Shown here one piece after another: positions 41,827-50,646 of a stretch of 64,000 nucleotides of DNA (the first letter of the stretch is position 1; each line of letters opens with the position of its first letter). Origin of the DNA: an uncultured Pseudomonadota bacterium (GTDB lineage: Bacteria > Pseudomonadota > Alphaproteobacteria > Rs-D84); the NCBI GenBank assembly GCA_902762295.1, contig CACWNX010000001.1, positions 465,671 to 529,670 on the forward strand, given 5' to 3'. The translations under genes and the position numbers were made by a program. Under the pieces are notes generated by a model. That model was not told the DNA's origin, made no database searches, and saw nothing but the letters and a program-made list of their open reading frames with translations.

Positions 41827-42417
41827 ATGAAAAAATCATCTGTTTTAGGCGCGCTTGCGGGTGTGATGTTTATTGGAAATGCGGTTGCGGCCGATATAAC
41901 AATTTACTATTCACCGACATGTCCGCATTGTCATCATGCGTTGGAATTTATTTCTAACAATTTGATATATGAATATGAAAACTTGAATGTGACCAAGGTT
42001 AATGTGATGGAATCGGCAAATCGTGATGATTTTATGGCCGCATTAAAAAAGTGTGAATATGAATCTGGTGGTGTTCCGGTTTTGGTTATTGGCGACAAAT
42101 GCTTCCAGGGTTATGGCGATGCCATGCAGGGCGATGTCCGTGCCGCGATAGAGGTTGACTTGGATGATGCGGCAAAATCGGCGGCGGCGGAGAATAAATT
42201 GGCAATGGAAAAAAATGCAGATGAATTTCGCAATAACCATTCTGAACGCGCATCGGCAATTGTTGATCGCGAAACCGCAAAAGTTGCAGATGAAGATGCG
42301 CAAAAAAAAACTAAAAAAAATGCTAGCAAAACATCAGGTGGTAATTGGGTATTATATTTAATACTGATTATGTTGCTTGGTGGACTGGGGTTTGTGTTAA
42401 CGCGTAAAACAAAATAA
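41827..42417 (+). CDS. Exported glutaredoxin/thioredoxin-fold protein (CPHC active site) with C-terminal membrane anchor
   Basis: AAAGGAGAAAAA RBS. Signal peptide MKKSSVLGALAGVMFIGNAVAA. ITIYYSPTCPHCHH..GVPVLVIGDKCFQGYG (Grx-like). Charged linker, then TM NWVLYLILIMLLGGLGFVL. Confidence 0.6.
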   Translation: MKKSSVLGALAGVMFIGNAVAADITIYYSPTCPHCHHALEFISNNLIYEYENLNVTKVNVMESANRDDFMAALKKCEYESGGVPVLVIGDKCFQGYGDAMQGDVRAAIEVDLDDAAKSAAAENKLAMEKNADEFRNNHSERASAIVDRETAKVADEDAQKKTKKNASKTSGGNWVLYLILIMLLGGLGFVLTRKTK

Positions 42418-42420
42418 TGG

Positions 42421-43191
42421 ATGGAAATCATGTTTGACTTGACATGGATGGATTATATCTATATCGGCATATTACTGCTGTCCACAATATGGGCAACGGT
42501 TCGTGGCGGAATTTATGAAACGGTCGCGACATTATCATGGGTTGTTGCGGCGATTTCTGCACGATTTGCATCACCGTGGTTGGATAAATTATTACAGTCC
42601 TGGTTCGGCCTTGCCGAATCAACGGTTGGAACATTGGTGGCATCATATTTCATCGTGTTCTTTGTGATATTGCTGGTTGTGGGTATATTTAACCAGAAAC
42701 TGCGTGATCGAATTCAGGACAGTGTGATGAATGTCACCGACCGCACATTGGGGGTTATATTTGGTATCGTTCGTGGTGTGGTTGTTATGGGTATCGCATA
42801 TTGGATTGCGTTGTGGTATTTTTCCGACTATCCGCGTATGCCACATTGGATTGCCGATGCGCGCACGCGTCCGATTATGCAGTTGACCGCCGTTAAATTA
42901 GATCAATGGTTTATCCCGGGACCGGAAAACAGATTATTGAAACGTGATGTTGATGGTACGCACGAGGCAAAAAAGATATTTGATAACCTGATAAATCCGC
43001 GGGTGGTTGACGGCGAAAAAACGAAATCCGAAAATTCTGATGCGAAAAAACCGGAATCGAAACCAAACGAAGAAACCGGATATAAAAATTCAGAACGGTC
43101 TGCGTTGGAAAATCAACTGTTGCAGATTGAAACAGTTGCCAACGCGGTTGAACGACACGAACAAAACCGTGCAAAGCAAAATAAAGAATAA
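42421..43191 (+). CDS. cvpA: CvpA-family membrane protein
   Basis: ..DYIYIGILLLSTIWATVRGGIYE.. and ..DRTLGVIFGIVRGVVVMG.. match the colicin V production protein family. Charged C-terminal extension. Confidence 0.7.
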   Translation: MEIMFDLTWMDYIYIGILLLSTIWATVRGGIYETVATLSWVVAAISARFASPWLDKLLQSWFGLAESTVGTLVASYFIVFFVILLVVGIFNQKLRDRIQDSVMNVTDRTLGVIFGIVRGVVVMGIAYWIALWYFSDYPRMPHWIADARTRPIMQLTAVKLDQWFIPGPENRLLKRDVDGTHEAKKIFDNLINPRVVDGEKTKSENSDAKKPESKPNEETGYKNSERSALENQLLQIETVANAVERHEQNRAKQNKE

Positions 43192-43221
43192 AAAACGGAA
43201 TCAAATGATTTCGTTTTTTTA
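43192..43221 (+). terminator. Rho-independent terminator after cvpA
   Basis: AACGGAATC-aaat-GATTTCGTTttttttt. Confidence 0.6.
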
Positions 43222-43344
43222 ATGGTGTTTTTATTATTGTTTTGATTTTTATCCAATTTTAGTGTAACATACTATTGACAGGGCGATTGCTTTGTTGGGT
43301 GTCAGAACCCATTTAATGTATCGTGTCCGCGGGGACAAAAAATA

Positions 43345-43455
43345 CCTCCAACCAAACGTGGTTGGAGGGCGGTGAATATGTAGAATAAGCCCACTATTTT
43401 TCCGGGCATAATAGTTCTGAACCTCCAACCACTTGCTTTGTCTGGTGGTTTTTTG
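43345..43455 (+). promoter_or_regulatory. Structured leader upstream of the 43501 gene: perfect 10-bp CCUCCAACCA/UGGUUGGAGG hairpin, a second CCUCCAACCAC copy, then a terminator-like hairpin
   Basis: Hairpin 43345-43368 (CCTCCAACCA-aacg-TGGTTGGAGG). Second copy CCTCCAACCAC at 43422-43432, overlapping the stem AACCAC-(11 nt)-GGTGGTTtttttg at 43427-43455. Mutually exclusive pairings are possible. Confidence 0.4.
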
Positions 43456-43500
43456 TTCGTGTCTAATCAAACATTCGTGCACATAAAGAAAGGATAAGGT

Positions 43501-44469
43501 ATGAAAAAATTTATAGTTGTGTGTATATTCGGCTTAATAACCGTCCGGTCGTTCGGCCAAGTAGATGCTGATAGCGACAATATTGTTAACAACGCAACAG
43601 AATTGTTTAATGCCACAAAAATAGTTTGTTCGGGATTATCAGATGAAATTTCAAAAGTTTCAAATGTATCAAAAATAAACACCGCGGTAACCGGAGTTGG
43701 AACTGTTGCAGCCGGTGGTGCTTTGGCGGTTGGAATGGCAAAATCAAGTGAGGAAAGGGAAATAGAAGCATTGATAGACAAAATTTGTGCCAATGGTGGA
43801 TGCAGCGCAGAAAGTGTTAATGCGATGAGCCTGGAACAATTTTATACAAATGTCATTTCCCCAATGGCAGAAATTGCGGAATTACAGAACAAATTAGACC
43901 ACTCTAAAAAATTGGGTAATTGGCGCACTGGTTTAATGGCCGGAACAATCGGCACAAATTTGGCATCTGCAATAATATCGGGCGTAAACGCAAATCAATC
44001 TGATTTGATTCAGCATATAGAGGCGTGCAATAAAATGATAAAATCTTTGTCAGATATGCCGGCCAAATTGACATCTGCGGGTGTAAGTCCGTTGGATAAT
44101 CCAATAGCGAAAAAAATCAATAATGTAAAGACCTGGTGTAACCAGATAAACGTCAGTGATGCACAAAAAATAGAAAAGCGTATGAAAGGTGTAATGGGCA
44201 CATCAATCGCAGGCGTTGTGGTTGGTGGTATTGGCACAGCGGCCAGTGCGTCATCAAATTCCAATAAATATATGAATGCGGAACAAAGAATCGCCTTAAC
44301 AGAATCTGAAAAACAAAGTGTAAATAATTTGAATACGACGGCCAACATAATGTCGGGGGTTAATGTTGGTACAGGTTTGGTAGAGACGGGGTTAAATATT
44401 TCACTAATAACTTTAACAAAAAAAATGATACGCCAAGCCGAAATGTGTGAAGAGGCTTTGCAACAGTAG
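43501..44469 (+). CDS. Secreted hypothetical protein (322 aa)
   Basis: AAAGGATAAGG RBS. Signal peptide MKKFIVVCIFGLITVRSFGQ; Gly/Ala/Ser/Thr-rich; no TM. Confidence 0.5.
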   Translation: MKKFIVVCIFGLITVRSFGQVDADSDNIVNNATELFNATKIVCSGLSDEISKVSNVSKINTAVTGVGTVAAGGALAVGMAKSSEEREIEALIDKICANGGCSAESVNAMSLEQFYTNVISPMAEIAELQNKLDHSKKLGNWRTGLMAGTIGTNLASAIISGVNANQSDLIQHIEACNKMIKSLSDMPAKLTSAGVSPLDNPIAKKINNVKTWCNQINVSDAQKIEKRMKGVMGTSIAGVVVGGIGTAASASSNSNKYMNAEQRIALTESEKQSVNNLNTTANIMSGVNVGTGLVETGLNISLITLTKKMIRQAEMCEEALQQ

Positions 44470-44479
44470 GAGAAAAAAT

Positions 44480-45187
44480 ATGAAGAATTTTTTAATAATT
44501 TTGTCCTGTTTGTTTTATGTTCAAAATGCGTATTGTGATAATCCACCATTTGATATGGAATCTATGAATGCAGATTACATTGCCGGCAAGATTGATTTGG
44601 CAACGGCAATAGCGCTGTGTAAGCAAATTGTCAACTATGCGAAAGTGACCGAAATTGAAGTGTTATTACCGTATACCTCAGCCGATGGGAAAGAAATGTG
44701 GCATTCTATAAATAAGGATGATTGCGAACCTTCACCTGATTGGGATTACGATAGAAATTTGAGCTGGGTTTGGAATATCGCCATGTATGCGGCCAGGATT
44801 GTGGTAGAAACTGGTGTAAAAGAACATTCACAATGTCATCAATCTTTTATGGAATCACAGGCACGAACAAGGTGCGGTAGATTTGAGATGTCAAACTGGA
44901 CAAAAATTGGTTATACCATTTCTGGGTTAAATAACATGAATATAGATTGTTCTAAGACAGATAATAGATGTGTTGTAACCAGGCCAGCAAGCGATAAAAA
45001 CGGCAAAAATGTATTTTATACCGCCTGTTGTTTGATACCTATTATCAATTGTGAGTCTATAACAAATGATTCCGAACAGATTTTTTCTGGTACAACAGGA
45101 GATATTAGTCTTAGATGGAACGGTTTTACGGATAAGGCATTGGTTTTGGATGATTTTGGTTATGATTGTAAGCCAAAAACCGAATAA
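44480..45187 (+). CDS. Secreted Cys-rich hypothetical protein (235 aa)
   Basis: TAGGAGAAAAA RBS. Signal peptide MKNFLIILSCLFYVQNAYC; about 14 Cys. Confidence 0.5.
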   Translation: MKNFLIILSCLFYVQNAYCDNPPFDMESMNADYIAGKIDLATAIALCKQIVNYAKVTEIEVLLPYTSADGKEMWHSINKDDCEPSPDWDYDRNLSWVWNIAMYAARIVVETGVKEHSQCHQSFMESQARTRCGRFEMSNWTKIGYTISGLNNMNIDCSKTDNRCVVTRPASDKNGKNVFYTACCLIPIINCESITNDSEQIFSGTTGDISLRWNGFTDKALVLDDFGYDCKPKTE

Positions 45188-45189
45188 TT

Positions 45190-46104
45190 ATGAAACGCAT
45201 AATGGTATCATTTTTGTTGCTTATGTCGTCACTTTCTTGGGCGAATGATGCGTGTACCAATCCCGAAGCATATACGATTGATAAGCGTTGCTATGTAACC
45301 GAAGAACAAAAGAAACAAAAACCATACAATGCGGTTGCCACACTGGTATTGAACGATGGGCGAACACACTGTTCTGGAACAGTTGTAAAACGACAAGGAT
45401 TAACAATAGATGATGTGGGATATTTTTTATATACCGCCAAACATTGTGTAGATTTAAACCATGATAATATCACCGATGATTTGTTAAGAATACGATTGCC
45501 CAGCAATCAGGAATTTAACGCAAAACTGGTAAAACAGGGCAATTTAGATTATCAAGACCCCGCAAGTCAAACAGGCGATTGGGCAAAGTATAGGTTGGTC
45601 ACAATTGAACAAAATTCTGCTGACGGTGTAAAAGATTCTTTGGGTGGTGCATATGTGAAAATAAATGATTCTTTTGCACGCGGTGCAAAAAATGTTCGTA
45701 TTATTGGTTATGGTAAACTAAAAATAATGAGTGACCAAGAAATACAAGATTTTAAAAATGAATATACAGATTTTATTGACAAAACAGGTACCAATGCTAA
45801 TGACACGCATACAGATGATGGTGGAATTTATGGAAACGGTGTAACGATGTTTGTTTTGAAGAACAATAACCGTTTTAACGATAATCTGTTAAAAGTTTCA
45901 AAATGTTATCAAGATGCAAACACCAAGTTCACAGGATGTCAAGGATGGGGTGGAAATTCCGGTGGTGGTGCGTTTGATGACAATGGAAATTTAATGTGGA
46001 TACCCACATTAGGGCATTATCAAATCGGCGGCAAAGATCATGCCAGTATAACAGGCGGTGAAAATTTTCTTCCGTTTGGCAGATTACCCAACGTAAAAAA
46101 ATGA
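45190..46104 (+). CDS. Secreted trypsin-like (S1 family) serine protease
   Basis: Signal peptide MKRIMVSFLLLMSSLSWA. Catalytic triad contexts TAKHCV (His), DWAKYRL (Asp) and GCQGWGGNSGGGAF (Ser, GDSGG-like). Confidence 0.65.
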   Translation: MKRIMVSFLLLMSSLSWANDACTNPEAYTIDKRCYVTEEQKKQKPYNAVATLVLNDGRTHCSGTVVKRQGLTIDDVGYFLYTAKHCVDLNHDNITDDLLRIRLPSNQEFNAKLVKQGNLDYQDPASQTGDWAKYRLVTIEQNSADGVKDSLGGAYVKINDSFARGAKNVRIIGYGKLKIMSDQEIQDFKNEYTDFIDKTGTNANDTHTDDGGIYGNGVTMFVLKNNNRFNDNLLKVSKCYQDANTKFTGCQGWGGNSGGGAFDDNGNLMWIPTLGHYQIGGKDHASITGGENFLPFGRLPNVKK

Positions 46105-46150
46105 TATACAACCAAGGATTGCCTATCTTATAATTTGCTAAATTTTTTAA

Positions 46151-46172
46151 GCCCACGCGTTGTTGCGTGGGC
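46151..46172. terminator. Perfect 8-bp hairpin between the protease gene and tRNA-Thr
   Basis: GCCCACGC-gttgtt-GCGTGGGC, 14 nt past the tRNA-Thr 3' end. No strong T-run on either strand. Confidence 0.3.
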
Positions 46173-46185
46173 TAACAAAATTTCC

Positions 46186-46261
46186 TGGTGCCAGTTGTCG
46201 GACTTGAACCAACGACCCTCTGATTACAAATCAGATGCTCTACCAGCTGAGCTAAACTGGC
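46186..46261 (-). tRNA. trnT: tRNA-Thr (anticodon TGT)
   Basis: Reverse complement GCCAGTTTAGCTCAGCTGGTAGAGCATCTGATTTGTAATCAGAGGGTCGTTGGTTCAAGTCCGACAACTGGCACCA: acceptor GCCAGTT/AACTGGC, anticodon loop TTTGTAA. Confidence 0.85.
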
Positions 46262-46364
46262 GACACCGTGTAATTATACATAGACGCGCGTGTAAAGCAA
46301 GTAAAAATTACAAGTTTTTAAAATAAATCTTGCAAATGGGCTTTTGGGGGCTAGTATTAAAATC

Positions 46365-47609
46365 ATGATAAAATTACCAGAACTTTTGGCGCCGGCGGGG
46401 ACACTGGATGCTTTCAAAACCGCGATTCTTTATGGCGCGGATGCTGTTTATGCTGGATTGCCGGGTTTTTCAATGCGCGCGCGGGCAAAAATTACCACCG
46501 AAGAAGTTAAAACCGGTATAGATTTGGCACACGCCGCCGGTAAAAAGGTCTATTTGGCATTCAATTTATTTGCACATGATAGTGAATATGCAAATATGCC
46601 ACGCGTGTCGGAAATAATAAACTATTTGAATCCAGATGCGTTGATTGTGGCCGATGCCGGGGTTTTAATGTGGGTGCGTGCGCATCATCCAAATATGCCG
46701 ATTCATATTTCAACCCAGGCGAATATTTGTTCGTCTGCATCGGTTAAATTTTGGCAAAATGCCGGTGCATCGCTGTGTGTACTTGCGCGCGAGGTTTCGC
46801 ATAAAGAATTTGTTAGTATCCGCAAACAATGTCCCGATATTAAATTAGAAATTTTTGTTCATGGTGCAATGTGCATGGCATATTCGGGGCGTTGCTTACT
46901 GTCAAACTTTATAACCGGACGGCCGGCGAATCGTGGTGCGTGTGCGCAACTTTGCCGATGGAAATATGATGTTATCTTGCGCGAATGCGAATCGGGAATA
47001 GAAATGCCGATAACCGAAGACGAACATGGTGCATATATTATGAACAGCAAAGATTTGTGTTTGATGCCCCGAATTGCCGATGTTATCGCGTCTGGGTCCG
47101 ATTCGTTAAAGATAGAAGGTCGCAACCGCAGTGAATATTACGTTGGCAGCGTTGTTCACGCATATCGCTGTGCAATGGATGAATATGCGCGTGACCCCGA
47201 AAATTTTGATTCGGCAAAATATATGACAATGTTGAATGTACTGGAATCACGCGGATACACAACGGCATTCTTTGATGGTCCGGTACCAAGCAATGCGCAT
47301 AATTATGATTCGGCGCGTTCGGTTTCAGATTTTCATGCCGCCGGTGTTATTACCGATGTGTCGGATGAATATATAACAATGGAACTTCGTAACGAAGTTA
47401 AAACCGGTGATGAAATAATATTTATTCTGCCACATTCTGAAAAAAATGCGACGGTAAAAGTTGAACGCGTTATAAATGCAAAAACGTGTATTACCGAACC
47501 AAAGATGTCGGCAGGCCAGGGAAATTCAATAAAAATTCCGTGCAAATGGATCGCGCCGGAATATTTAAAATCACTTTCACCATTTGTTTTGGCGTACAAA
47601 CATAAATGA
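46365..47609 (+). CDS. Peptidase U32-family protein (YegQ/TrhP-like)
   Basis: MIKLPELLAPAGTLDAFKTAILYGADAVYAG.. U32 N-terminal TIM-barrel signature with conserved Cys cluster (..CMAYSGRCLLS..C..LC..). The ORF-track TTG start is 46344. Confidence 0.7.
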   Translation: MIKLPELLAPAGTLDAFKTAILYGADAVYAGLPGFSMRARAKITTEEVKTGIDLAHAAGKKVYLAFNLFAHDSEYANMPRVSEIINYLNPDALIVADAGVLMWVRAHHPNMPIHISTQANICSSASVKFWQNAGASLCVLAREVSHKEFVSIRKQCPDIKLEIFVHGAMCMAYSGRCLLSNFITGRPANRGACAQLCRWKYDVILRECESGIEMPITEDEHGAYIMNSKDLCLMPRIADVIASGSDSLKIEGRNRSEYYVGSVVHAYRCAMDEYARDPENFDSAKYMTMLNVLESRGYTTAFFDGPVPSNAHNYDSARSVSDFHAAGVITDVSDEYITMELRNEVKTGDEIIFILPHSEKNATVKVERVINAKTCITEPKMSAGQGNSIKIPCKWIAPEYLKSLSPFVLAYKHK

Positions 47610-47611
47610 TA

Positions 47612-48145
47612 TTATTTCTCTTTTATGTGGCGTGACAATGCAAACCGTCTATATTGACGTGCAAATTCGGTCGGGTCGTTTTCTAATAATTCTATTTGGG
47701 TGTCGGGTAATACATTTGCCCAATCATAAAAAGTACCGACATATGGAGAACTTTGCGATGGTGCCTTGATGGTCACTAATATATCCGGGTGTGCAATGGT
47801 TAATATTATCCGTTCAAATTCATCAAGTGCCGATTTTACATCTGCGGCCACAGACTTTTTGTCTTTGGTGCAAATATGTTCATTTTTTTGTGATAAAATT
47901 GTCATATTGCCAGATTCAATTTCTTTGTGTGCAATATGAAATTCCATCAAGTAATCCATAGCCAGTTTTGTATCGGCACCTTTATGCTTTGCCAGTATAT
48001 CTTTCATTTTGGATGTTGCCTGATACCAAGATTCCTGGGGCGACATATTTTTTGATGTATAGGACAGAACCAGTGTATCATACAAATGGATATATGCTTT
48101 TTCTAATTTTTGTTTATCAAATATGCTTAATTTCACGGGCTGCAT
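47612..48145 (-). CDS. Hypothetical protein (177 aa)
   Basis: Intact ORF, no signal peptide, no recognised motif. Confidence 0.35.
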   Translation of the reverse strand: MQPVKLSIFDKQKLEKAYIHLYDTLVLSYTSKNMSPQESWYQATSKMKDILAKHKGADTKLAMDYLMEFHIAHKEIESGNMTILSQKNEHICTKDKKSVAADVKSALDEFERIILTIAHPDILVTIKAPSQSSPYVGTFYDWANVLPDTQIELLENDPTEFARQYRRFALSRHIKEK

Positions 48146-48291
48146 ACAGAAACACCTTTTTATAACTTTATTACGGTGAATATACTAGAACTTTATGTTC
48201 GGTATTACAACAAAATTTTAGATTTAAAATTGTTTTGACACAGATTGAATATTGCGTAATCATATTAGGGTTGTATTCTCAAACGACACTG

Positions 48292-48343
48292 TTGCCAATA
48301 ATGGGTGGTGTGGGGGTACGATACCAATCTTGCCAATAATGGG
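48292..48343 (+). repeat. Direct repeat TTGCCAATAATGGG(K)G x2 upstream of the outer-membrane-protein gene
   Basis: Copies at 48292-48310 and 48330-48350, with 38 nt between copy starts, at -87 and -49 relative to the 48379 start codon. Confidence 0.5.
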
Positions 48344-48378
48344 GGTTGGTGGTTAAATACTAACATAAGGATATTTCA

Positions 48379-49386
48379 ATGAAAAAATTTTTAGGTATGG
48401 CAATTACATCTGCGATGGTTGCAACATCGTCTATGGCGGCGAATATGGAAAACCCATTGTTTATACCGCGCGCGGGACAGTTTGCATCTAAAACAGGTTT
48501 TGGGTTGATGTATAAAAAGGCGGATCACACCGATGCAATGAAGTTAAAGGGGCGCGAAGGCGCAACAGAATTCCCAGTATGGCGTTTTACCGAAGATTTT
48601 GGTTATGGTTTCACAGATCGGTTAAGTGCGTATGCGTCACTTGGATGGACACAAAACAACGATATTGAACGCAAGGGTATGCATCGTGGTCGTGTCGGAT
48701 TAAACTATCGTGTTGTTGAAACATGGGATAAATTTGTTTGGGATTTGTATGGCGAAGGATATTTGTCCGGTATCACACCTATGAAGGGTTCCTACGACAC
48801 AGATGGTTTTACATACAATAATTTTTCTAATGGTCGTTGGGGGGCAGTCCTTGGAACGCGTGTTGGTAAAACATGGAACAAGTTTACCGCATCGTTATTT
48901 GCAGAATATCTGCAAACATTCGGCAATCATAACAATAAAATCAAATTAAAGCGTTTTGATTTAACCGAAATGGGATATGGTATCCAAGATGCCAGTGCAT
49001 TGGGATTTCCGGATCAAATTTCTGTTAACCTGAAATCAACCAATGAAATTACTGTTGGAACAAATGCATTTTATCAGTTAGATGATTCTTGGTCGTTTGG
49101 TGCCGGTTTCAGATTTGTTGAACATTCAGATAATGGTGTAAAATCTATCTATACTGATGTTTCAGGTGCAAACCCTGCGGTTGTTAATGGTTTGTTAGCA
49201 CAAACAAAAGATATGGACGATGGTTGGGACGAATATATAGTTTCGGCGGTTGTTGCCAACCAAATTACCGACCGTTTCCAAATTGCGTTGTTCGGTGAAT
49301 ACACATTTGACCATTCGCACAAGAATAGCCAAAACGGAACCGATATAAAGGCCGAGGCGGGTGTTCGTTTGAATGTTGTTTTCTAA
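48379..49386 (+). CDS. Outer-membrane beta-barrel protein (porin-like)
   Basis: Signal peptide MKKFLGMAITSAMVATSSMAA; alternating amphipathic strands; C-terminal ..AGVRLNVVF with terminal Phe. Confidence 0.6.
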   Translation: MKKFLGMAITSAMVATSSMAANMENPLFIPRAGQFASKTGFGLMYKKADHTDAMKLKGREGATEFPVWRFTEDFGYGFTDRLSAYASLGWTQNNDIERKGMHRGRVGLNYRVVETWDKFVWDLYGEGYLSGITPMKGSYDTDGFTYNNFSNGRWGAVLGTRVGKTWNKFTASLFAEYLQTFGNHNNKIKLKRFDLTEMGYGIQDASALGFPDQISVNLKSTNEITVGTNAFYQLDDSWSFGAGFRFVEHSDNGVKSIYTDVSGANPAVVNGLLAQTKDMDDGWDEYIVSAVVANQITDRFQIALFGEYTFDHSHKNSQNGTDIKAEAGVRLNVVF

Positions 49387-49410
49387 AACAATAAATAAAT
49401 TACGAAACAT

Positions 49411-49440
49411 AAAAACGGATCAAATCTGGTCCGTTTTTTA
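49411..49440 (+). terminator. Rho-independent terminator after the 48379 outer-membrane-protein gene
   Basis: ACGGATC-aaatct-GGTCCGTtttttt. Confidence 0.6.
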
Positions 49441-49455
49441 TTTATCACAAAACGC

Positions 49456-49484
49456 TTTTTTTAGTATTCAATTTATGGTATAAT
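49456..49484 (+). promoter_or_regulatory. Extended -10 promoter for the 49511 outer-membrane-protein gene
   Basis: TGGTATAAT (TGn-TATAAT) at 49476-49484, with a T-rich -35 region. The GGAAAGAGA RBS follows. Confidence 0.45.
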
Positions 49485-49510
49485 ACCTGCAAGAGAATAA
49501 TGGAAAGAGA

Positions 49511-50632
49511 ATGAAAAAAGTTAGTATTTCTGCGGTTTTTGTATGTTTTTCTGCGCTTTTAACAAACGGTGCGGGTGCCGCCTATCCGGTCTATCAACAA
49601 CAATATCAACAGCAATATGCACGTGATTCTCGATATGGGGGCGGGGTTGTTCAATTACCGGCAACCAATAATACGGTTTTAACGGTAAATTCGGCGGTTG
49701 CGGCGCAACCAACCCGTGTGACCGGTGCATTGCCACGCGTTGGTTCGGCGGCAACGGCGGCCGGTCGTCAGTATTACCAACCGGCGGACTATGATCGTTT
49801 GGCGGACAGTGGGTTGTATATCGGTTTTTCTGCTGCATATATGGCGAACATAGACGGTTCAATGCGTGCCGATTATATTGGTGAAAAGAAATCATATACT
49901 GCACCGGGTGCATTTGCCAATGCAGATTACCAGGTTGATACGGTCATCCCGCTGCAGGTTTCAGTTGGTGCCACAATAAACAACGATTTTCGTGTTGATT
50001 TTTCATACACCCGTTATTCCGGTTTCAGTTATCCAAATCAAGTCTTAACCGCGGCAGACGATAGTAATGTCGGAAATACACCTGCATCGGTTGAAGGTGG
50101 CGCGATAACCGCAAACACAACGATGTTGAACATTTATTACAATTTAGATTCATATACCGGATATATTGCGGGTGGTTCGTTGCGTCCGTATATTGGCGCC
50201 GGTGTTGGTATATCATTGAACACCATTGCCGATTATGTGGTATATGATGACACATACTATAAATATATTGATGATTTAAGTACAACCACTGGGAAACCCG
50301 GGCTGTTGACCGGAATTTCTGATATATATGGCTATCATAATGGTGGAACAAACGAACAATTGGCATTCATGGTTGAAGGTGGTATTACAACCGATCTTGG
50401 AGGGGGAATTCGGATGGATTTCTTTGCGCGTTATGCAAACCTGGGTCGGGTAAAAACATCGGGCAGTATTGTTGTGTCTCAGATTGAATGGTTGTCAACT
50501 GGAACCGGCTTAAATGATGGTACTGGCGAAGCACCGGCGGATTATGATAGTGTTTTCCATTATACAAACTGGTATGAAAGTGGACGACTGTCGATGATTG
50601 ATGTCGGCGCGCGGTTAAGATTACAGTTTTAA
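49511..50632 (+). CDS. Outer-membrane protein, OmpA-like beta-barrel (Omp25/Omp31-type)
   Basis: Signal peptide ..ALLTNGAGAA; ..YIGFSAAY.., ..YIGAGVGISLN.., C-terminal ..GARLRLQF. Confidence 0.6.
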   Translation: MKKVSISAVFVCFSALLTNGAGAAYPVYQQQYQQQYARDSRYGGGVVQLPATNNTVLTVNSAVAAQPTRVTGALPRVGSAATAAGRQYYQPADYDRLADSGLYIGFSAAYMANIDGSMRADYIGEKKSYTAPGAFANADYQVDTVIPLQVSVGATINNDFRVDFSYTRYSGFSYPNQVLTAADDSNVGNTPASVEGGAITANTTMLNIYYNLDSYTGYIAGGSLRPYIGAGVGISLNTIADYVVYDDTYYKYIDDLSTTTGKPGLLTGISDIYGYHNGGTNEQLAFMVEGGITTDLGGGIRMDFFARYANLGRVKTSGSIVVSQIEWLSTGTGLNDGTGEAPADYDSVFHYTNWYESGRLSMIDVGARLRLQF

Positions 50633-50646
50633 TTTTTGGGGCGGTT

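Noticed and set aside
46365-47609. Interpreting the U32 peptidase as a collagenase virulence factor
   Set aside because: U32 proteins of this size with the N-terminal Cys cluster are now generally linked to O2-independent hydroxylation (UbiU/TrhP-like) rather than proteolysis, so no virulence claim is made.
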